Assembly: GCA_029932645.1 (NCBI GenBank) | Contig: JAOZPR010000001.1 | Coordinates: 53,576-66,681, forward strand | Source of the DNA: Candidatus Aenigmatarchaeota archaeon | GTDB lineage: Archaea > Aenigmatarchaeota > Aenigmatarchaeia > GW2011-AR5 > JAGGXF01 | DNA length: 13,106 nt | Reading direction: 5' to 3' | Shown: positions 7,454 to 13,106 of the stretch, piece by piece | How the letters are laid out: the number at the start of each line of letters is the position of its first letter | How positions within the stretch are numbered: the stretch's first letter is position 1 | Translations under genes and position numbers: made by a program | Notes under the pieces: generated by a model | The model's database searches: none | Seen by the model: the letters and a program-made list of their open reading frames with translations, nothing else | What the model was told of the DNA's origin: nothing

Positions 7454-9091
7454 TTATTCACCAACAGCAGCCTTCTTCTGTAAAAAGTTTATGAGCTGAT
7501 TATAACGAGCACCACAAAACATGCAATGAAAGTTCGGCACCCTCTCATAAAAATCTCTTTCATAGGGCCCACCTTTCTTGAAGAAAAATTTGATACCAAA
7601 AAAATCAAAAAAGTCCCTCACAGGCCCTAGAAGATTTCTTCTCGGTTCTACAGGCATCTCACTAAGAACATAAAATTCCTTTGGATACTCCTCTGTCATC
7701 TCCTCCAATGAATTGAATTCTTTGCCATTATCAGTAACAAATTTCTTTCCCTCTTTCCTGTAGTTTATGGTTTCTTTCTCCAGGCCAATGAGTTTGTTTA
7801 CATACCTCTCGAACTCCTCTTGTTTGGCCTTAATCTCAAGCAGTTTTACCAAGACCAGGTTTTTACTCCAGACCTGGCCACGAATATCAAACGTTATATC
7901 TTCCATCTCCCTTCCGTCTGGTGTCCTGAAGACAATCCGGTCATATGTGATAGGAAACACTGTATAATATGGATACCAGTTGGCCTCAAGCACTCCTATC
8001 TTGTTCCTAGTACCTAGAAGGGAAGTATATGTCTTTTCAACCCATTCCTCTGTAATCCACGGGAATTGTTCTTTCAGACTTTTTTCTCCGTCAGCTCTGA
8101 GTTTTTCCTGCGTCTTCTTCGGAAAATCTGCGGCTAGGTCAAAAATAAAATTCCTCTTGACAAAGTCGTCCAGTGCGGGTGCATTGATTTCAAGCTCCCC
8201 TGCTCTTGAGGTTACCTCTTTTATAATCAAGTGATACCAAGAAAGCAACTCTATTCTATTGTACGATATAACCTGACCAGAATATCTCAGCCTGCTCTCT
8301 AACATTTTTGCCCTGACATCTGGCCTGGACATGCCTTCGTTCAACAGCTTATGCTTTGCAATGTATGGTTTCAGCCATTCGCGGTATTGGTCTATAGACA
8401 TTCTTCTGCTTCTTATAAGCGCTAATAAATTTTGATACCTCTCTCTGACTTCCCTACAAAACAGCTTCTTCCATTCTTCATAGTTTATCCGCTTTGTTTT
8501 GAGCATGAGCTTCTCAACTCTCGGCAGGGTTGATAAGTACTCGTGTTTTTCCAAATCATCCAAACTTTCCATCATATAGAAATGTGAAACAATAGCTGGT
8601 AATATATTGGCCTGCTGCATAAAGGACATGCTGAGCCTGCCTGCTCCCTGACCAGTTCCTCCGGCATTAAAGTCAACCTGGTCAACAAATATAGATTTTA
8701 AGGAGTGCTCATCCTTCGCCTCTATATAATCCATAATCTCCCTGTACTTCCTAAGGTCGTGTTTTAGTAGTTCTAGGTCAGCAACCGCCTGAGCAGCAGA
8801 TGTGAGACCCTGTTTTATCGTGGATTCCAGAGTTTGCTTTTGTTGTGTTGTCACCTGATAAAGCTGTGTATGCGCAGGTGAAACGTCAATCCATTCATCA
8901 ACCTTCCAGACATTCCAATCCCACTTAGGGAGCTGAAAAACCAAAGAGTAATACAGAGAAGTTCCCTTGCCCATAGGCAATGTGAAATTAAGATCTTCTA
9001 TATGGGTTTCAAGCGGTTGCACAATAAGACCTAGGCCTATGTGTGGTGCCTCTGGTCCTACAAGTTCATACATCGCTTTCCAAGAAACCAT
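7454..9091 (-). CDS. Hypothetical 545-aa protein with long coiled-coil segments
   Basis: Long uninterrupted ORF with SD-like AGGTAGG and an upstream BRE/TATA. Heptad-rich helices at about aa 75-125, 200-250 and 410-437. No recognisable catalytic motif. Confidence 0.85.
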   Translation of the reverse strand: MVSWKAMYELVGPEAPHIGLGLIVQPLETHIEDLNFTLPMGKGTSLYYSLVFQLPKWDWNVWKVDEWIDVSPAHTQLYQVTTQQKQTLESTIKQGLTSAAQAVADLELLKHDLRKYREIMDYIEAKDEHSLKSIFVDQVDFNAGGTGQGAGRLSMSFMQQANILPAIVSHFYMMESLDDLEKHEYLSTLPRVEKLMLKTKRINYEEWKKLFCREVRERYQNLLALIRSRRMSIDQYREWLKPYIAKHKLLNEGMSRPDVRAKMLESRLRYSGQVISYNRIELLSWYHLIIKEVTSRAGELEINAPALDDFVKRNFIFDLAADFPKKTQEKLRADGEKSLKEQFPWITEEWVEKTYTSLLGTRNKIGVLEANWYPYYTVFPITYDRIVFRTPDGREMEDITFDIRGQVWSKNLVLVKLLEIKAKQEEFERYVNKLIGLEKETINYRKEGKKFVTDNGKEFNSLEEMTEEYPKEFYVLSEMPVEPRRNLLGPVRDFFDFFGIKFFFKKGGPYERDFYERVPNFHCMFCGARYNQLINFLQKKAAVGE

Positions 9092-9101
9092 GAAACCTAC
9101 C

Positions 9102-9140
9102 TGTAATTAATTACATACAAGCCACATATAAAATTTTTCC
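9102..9140 (-). promoter_or_regulatory. BRE-TATA promoter with a perfect 14-bp palindrome at the predicted start site
   Basis: The minus strand reads GGAAAAA-TTTTATAT (9126-9140). TGTAATTAATTACA at 9102-9115 is a perfect palindrome between the TATA box and the SD. Confidence 0.55.
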
Positions 9141-9226
9141 TTGTTCTAATAATGACAATATTTTCCAGCTATGCCCAGTTATGTCATATGTTATGATATG
9201 TTGCGAGTAAAAAGCAAAACAAAAGC

Positions 9227-9589
9227 TCAGAACAAAAGCCAATAAATGCCCAAGACCAGACACATGAGACCTATAAATATTCCTGTTGTCGTGAAGCCGC
9301 GGCCACCACCTTCTTTATCAAGCTCATAGTCCTGTATCTTTAGAATGTCTGGATATTTTACAACCATGAACAAGCCAAATGCAGCGAGAACCAAACCAAG
9401 CCCGCGACCAAATATACCGCCAATAAGCTTGCCCGTGTTAATTTTGAACAATCCATATGCAGCAATTAAGCAAGCAACGGCAGTTAGTATTATTATCAGT
9501 AGTTGTAAATTACCTATTTTTCTGTCTATCGCTCTGAAAAGAGCCAGCAATGCGAACGCTATTAGGAACGCAGCAATGATTTCCAGCAT
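9227..9589 (-). CDS. Hypothetical integral membrane protein, about 4 TM helices
   Basis: Four hydrophobic stretches at about aa 3-19, 28-48, 54-77 and 101-119, with Gly-rich packing motifs. It fills the gap between flanking genes without overlap. Confidence 0.8.
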   Translation of the reverse strand: MLEIIAAFLIAFALLALFRAIDRKIGNLQLLIIILTAVACLIAAYGLFKINTGKLIGGIFGRGLGLVLAAFGLFMVVKYPDILKIQDYELDKEGGGRGFTTTGIFIGLMCLVLGIYWLLF

Positions 9590-9632
9590 AATTTATATAT
9601 ATACAACAGATAAATAAATAAATGGTGTTTGA
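9590..9632. promoter_or_regulatory. Compact bidirectional promoter region
   Basis: 43 bp between divergent ATGs. Plus-strand TTTATATA at 9592-9599 with GGTG before ATG 9633. Minus-strand TTTATTTA repeats at 9611-9622 lie about 25 nt before ATG 9589. Confidence 0.55.
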
Positions 9633-10145
9633 ATGGTCTTCGCCAGAACTAGAATAACTATATGGGATCAGATATACCGACCAAGAAAAACAGATACTAT
9701 AAGGTATAAGGGACCACATCCTGAGCGCGTATATTATCGTGCGTATAGACTAATAAAAAGCGTCTTTAATGTGCCTGTGGGTTATATACAGGAAAAGCTC
9801 TACAACTGGGAAAAAGAAGGGAATAAGGAGCGATTCAGCGCAAGATGGCAGGTTGACAAGTGGCTGGACAAATGGACATATATAGACTGGGACATAGAAA
9901 TAAAGGGATTCTCTGCCAACGGCAAGGGAGAAGTAATTATAGGTATAGAGCCCAGACTTGTCACAGAATATCCGCAGGACACAATATTCCAGCAGAGCAT
10001 CCTGTATGAGATACTTAGAAGATTCTGGCACGTGTTGTTTTACGAGCGAAAGAGAGAAGAGTTCTTTGAATTCGGAAAGGCCCTGAGCGAGGAATGGGAA
10101 ACAAAAATAAAAAACTTCACGGCAAAACTGCGGGCTTCTTCATAA
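9633..10145 (+). CDS. Hypothetical protein, paralogue A (predicted alpha/beta fold with a long C-terminal helix)
   Basis: 170 aa with a GGTG SD. Aligns by eye along its whole length with 10227-10772. Confidence 0.85.
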   Translation: MVFARTRITIWDQIYRPRKTDTIRYKGPHPERVYYRAYRLIKSVFNVPVGYIQEKLYNWEKEGNKERFSARWQVDKWLDKWTYIDWDIEIKGFSANGKGEVIIGIEPRLVTEYPQDTIFQQSILYEILRRFWHVLFYERKREEFFEFGKALSEEWETKIKNFTAKLRASS

Positions 10146-10226
10146 AAAATATCCCATAGAAAAAACATACCACATTAACAAGACAGTGCTTGAATAGATT
10201 GGATATAAAGAATTATTGGCGGTCTT

Positions 10227-10772
10227 ATGCTTAAAAAAACTCGTCCTTTGATAGAAACAGAGAAAAAAATATATATGCAAGACTTTGTTCTGGCGCCAGA
10301 TGAAAAAATACTTATTGTTTTCAAAGGGAAGAACCCTTTCAAAATGGTAGAAACAATGAAATTTAATATCAAAAGAATATATCAGGTTCCTGGAAAGGAC
10401 ATAAAGACCTTGCACTTCAAATGGGACAACACTGCTCAGGTCAGAGACTTTTTTGCAAAGTGGATTATCACACCAAAAAAGGATAAATGGACAAAAGCAT
10501 GGATACCATTCATAATACAAGGAACTGTTGATAGCAAAACCAACCTAGGTGATTTTACTTTTATCATGTTTCCCTGGATAACCACAATATATACCTATGC
10601 CAATTCTTTGCAGAAGGCTCTGTGGTGGCTTTATAACAGATACTTTTACTATGAGCAAAGGCGGAACTATATAGAAGAAGAAAGAAAGCTCGCATTCCAA
10701 TTCAGGGATGCCATAATAGAACAAATGGGCATGAAAAGAAGGATATATAACGAAGACAGAGAATTGTTTTAG
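10227..10772 (+). CDS. Hypothetical protein, paralogue B
   Basis: 181 aa. Shares I.[YF]KG..P, IK..[FY].VP, F.A[RK]W, DKWT, I.G, P.[LI].T.Y and FY...R motifs with 9633-10145. Confidence 0.85.
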   Translation: MLKKTRPLIETEKKIYMQDFVLAPDEKILIVFKGKNPFKMVETMKFNIKRIYQVPGKDIKTLHFKWDNTAQVRDFFAKWIITPKKDKWTKAWIPFIIQGTVDSKTNLGDFTFIMFPWITTIYTYANSLQKALWWLYNRYFYYEQRRNYIEEERKLAFQFRDAIIEQMGMKRRIYNEDRELF

Positions 10773-10807
10773 TCTATGTTGTGAACTGGTTTGTGTGGTG
10801 AGTATCA

Positions 10808-11284
10808 ATGGTTGAAATTTTAGGTAAATTGAAACGGGGCATTGTCGGAATAAAGAGCAGGTTTTCTAGAAAGCCGGATTTAGACATAGGCATGATTAAG
10901 GACAGAGTCAACGCGCCAATGACTAAACCTCTTACTAGGCCCCCACTAGAACCACTCCGCGCTCCAGGAACAGAACCAGCAGCAGACTTGCGGTCAAGAT
11001 TCATGAACGAGCCGCCTGAGCCAATCTTTGACAAAAGACTCTCACCAAACCCACCAATATTACCGCCACCAATACACAGACCAGAACCAACACATGCACC
11101 AGGGTCGTTGCCAACAAGGACTGCACCGGCGCCAGACTTCTACGCTGGTCAGGGTGCAAGTGGTCAGAAGATTAATCAAGGAGAAGACATAACACTCATA
11201 AGAAAAGAGCTGTCGTCTATCAGCGCGCGGCTTGATACCATAGACCAGCGCCTCAGAATAATAGAAGGCAGGATAAGAAGATAA
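10808..11284 (+). CDS. Hypothetical protein: basic amphipathic N-helix, Pro-rich disordered linker, C-terminal coiled coil
   Basis: SD GGTGA at 10797-10801. About 23 Pro within aa 23-109. Four clean heptads ITLIRKELSSISARLDTIDQRLRIIEGRI. Confidence 0.82.
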   Translation: MVEILGKLKRGIVGIKSRFSRKPDLDIGMIKDRVNAPMTKPLTRPPLEPLRAPGTEPAADLRSRFMNEPPEPIFDKRLSPNPPILPPPIHRPEPTHAPGSLPTRTAPAPDFYAGQGASGQKINQGEDITLIRKELSSISARLDTIDQRLRIIEGRIRR

Positions 11285-11336
11285 AAGGCACGCGCTACTC
11301 AATATTCTATAATTATTATTTTATTATTAGGTACAA

Positions 11337-13097
11337 TCAGCCCATTAAAAAATATTTTCCCTGTTCCTTTTGCTCGGTGTCTTTTTGCGAGCCGAGCTTA
11401 TTTGCTCTTGGTCGCTTTGTTTCTGGGTCTTGCCTGAAGGTTATTCCAACCTCCTTTAGGAACTGATTAAATCCCTGATTCAGCGGCATGCTGACAGCAT
11501 GGCCACGCTTTCCAGACTCGCCTGTGAATACCATCGCATGGTCTGACAAATAGCTTAAGAAGAGCAGGTCATGGTCTATGACACATACAGATGTTTCTGT
11601 TCTTGTTATGTGATCCCTCAAGATTTTCGCCACTGCCAATCGTTGGTCTATATCCAAATATGCCGAAGGCTCATCTAAAAGATATGAATCAGCCTCTCTT
11701 GCAAGACATAGTGCGATGGCCACACGCTGCAGCTCGCCTCCGGAAAGGTTTTTTGTCTGCCTCTCTAAAAGCCTCACAATACCCAATGGTTCTAAGAGCT
11801 CTGACTTGAACTCTATTGAGTATGGATCCTTGACAGCTGCCAGAATATCTGCGACTGTACCATCAAAAGAAGAGCTTAGGTACTGCGGCTTGTAAGATAT
11901 CTTGATATTTTCAGTTATCTTTCCCTTGTCAGGCTTTAGTGTGCCCGCCAAAATTTTGGCAAATGTTGTCTTACCCAGTCCGTTGGCTCCGAATATGCCA
12001 AGTATTTGCTCTTTGTATATCTTTCCAGGCTCGACCAGCATTGAAAATGATTTGAAGCTTTTCTCTATGGTGCCGAACTCTATAGCAGCTTCTTTGCTTT
12101 TTATTTCAGGCCTCAAAGAATGTTCAAACGTTATTGGCTGCCTTATCCTCACATTGTCTTCTCTTATGTATCCGTTCAAGAAAATGTTTATGCCGTTCAG
12201 TGCTGAATATGGTTTTGACACAACACCGAATACAGCAGGGACGCCATAAAACACGTGAATCCTGTCTGCGAGGAAATCAAGTGTTGCCAGGTCATGCTCA
12301 ACAACCAGAACAGGCTTGTCTTGCGCAATCCCACGAATCAGCTTTGCCATGTTCATTCTCTGCCGAACATCCAGATATGACGATGGCTCATCAAAATAAT
12401 ATATATCCGCGTCCTGGCTTGCTGTGCGCGCTATAGCGACTCGCTGCAACTCGCCGCCTGATAGGGTATTACTCTCCCTGTCTATGCAGTGTTTTATCTC
12501 CAGCGTATCTATTATCTCTTTACTTACGCCTTCAAGAAACGCAGAACCTGCTTCTTTCGTCTCTTTTATCAGATCACTTACGTTCTGTGGCTTGTATGCT
12601 GTCTTTATATGGCCCTGGCTGAGCTTCTCAAGATAAGATTGTAACTCATTGCCACGATATGTTTTGACTATGCTCGACCAATCGGGCTCTTTGTCAACAG
12701 AACCAAGATTGGGCTTGATTTCGCCTGCCAGTATCTTTAATGCGGTCGTCTTGCCAACACCGTTCGGGCCAAGCATGCCGACAACGCCTTTGACAGGTAT
12801 TGGCAGTCGGAATAGTATAAAAGCATTCTTGCCAAAGCGATGCACTGGCGCCTCTTTCAACTGCTCTGGCGTGTTCACGACAGATATGGCCTTTTTCGGA
12901 CACTTCTTAACGCAGAGCGCGCATCCTATGCACATATTCTCATCTATGACAGGCACGACTCTTTTGACGCCTTTGCAGACGATTTCCTTCTTACTAATAC
13001 ATTCCTCGCCTGCACGATTGCGCGGACATATCTTCATGCACGCAAAATCGCACTTCTTTGGGTCACACAGCTCATAGTCAATAACTGCAATTCTCAT
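11337..13097 (-). CDS. rli1: ABCE1 / Rli1 ribosome recycling ATPase (RNase L inhibitor homologue)
   Basis: Starts MRIAVID (ATG at 13097; the ORF track extends to a GTG at the window edge). Fe-S domain C..KC...C...CP...CIGCALCVKKCP. Two ABC domains (GPNGVGKTT, GANGLGKTT, 2x LSGGELQR, DEPS, HD) and a hinge TFRQDP..RPRANK.GS.KD.EQK. Confidence 0.97.
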   Translation of the reverse strand: MRIAVIDYELCDPKKCDFACMKICPRNRAGEECISKKEIVCKGVKRVVPVIDENMCIGCALCVKKCPKKAISVVNTPEQLKEAPVHRFGKNAFILFRLPIPVKGVVGMLGPNGVGKTTALKILAGEIKPNLGSVDKEPDWSSIVKTYRGNELQSYLEKLSQGHIKTAYKPQNVSDLIKETKEAGSAFLEGVSKEIIDTLEIKHCIDRESNTLSGGELQRVAIARTASQDADIYYFDEPSSYLDVRQRMNMAKLIRGIAQDKPVLVVEHDLATLDFLADRIHVFYGVPAVFGVVSKPYSALNGINIFLNGYIREDNVRIRQPITFEHSLRPEIKSKEAAIEFGTIEKSFKSFSMLVEPGKIYKEQILGIFGANGLGKTTFAKILAGTLKPDKGKITENIKISYKPQYLSSSFDGTVADILAAVKDPYSIEFKSELLEPLGIVRLLERQTKNLSGGELQRVAIALCLAREADSYLLDEPSAYLDIDQRLAVAKILRDHITRTETSVCVIDHDLLFLSYLSDHAMVFTGESGKRGHAVSMPLNQGFNQFLKEVGITFRQDPETKRPRANKLGSQKDTEQKEQGKYFLMG

Positions 13098-13106
13098 GAT
13101 GAACAC

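Noticed and set aside
10198..10225. ATTGGATATAA resembling one arm of an archaeal dif (XerA) site
   Set aside because: There is no complementary arm after a 6-bp spacer; it is more simply a TATA-like element before paralogue B.
13098..13106. GTG start extending ABCE1 by three residues
   Set aside because: MRIAVID is the typical family N-terminus, and the GTG sits at the window edge with no visible upstream support.

Overview
An archaeal chromosomal segment. The archaeal origin is shown by BRE/TATA promoters, GGTGA-type Shine-Dalgarno sites and ABCE1; the gene content suggests a DPANN lineage, which is an inference. The left part is a co-oriented metabolic run: the 3' part of porD, then porA, porB, a thymidylate kinase with an atypical P-loop (GSGQTT) and a ribose-1,5-bisphosphate isomerase. 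The right end is ABCE1 (Rli1). Between them (3900-11284) lies a block of seven largely uncharacterised genes arranged around a 43-bp divergent promoter. On the minus strand are a 4-TM membrane protein, a 545-aa coiled-coil protein, a 658-aa endonuclease-IV-like TIM barrel with a ~300-aa insertion, and an MNT-HEPN-HEPN' fusion. On the plus strand are two clear paralogues of ~175 aa and a protein with an amphipathic helix, Pro-rich linker and coiled coil. A phased array of three 21-bp palindromic units (TGG-W5-CCA) lies directly upstream of the MNT-HEPN promoter. This block is the best candidate for an undescribed system. No rRNA, tRNA, CRISPR array or mobile element was seen.
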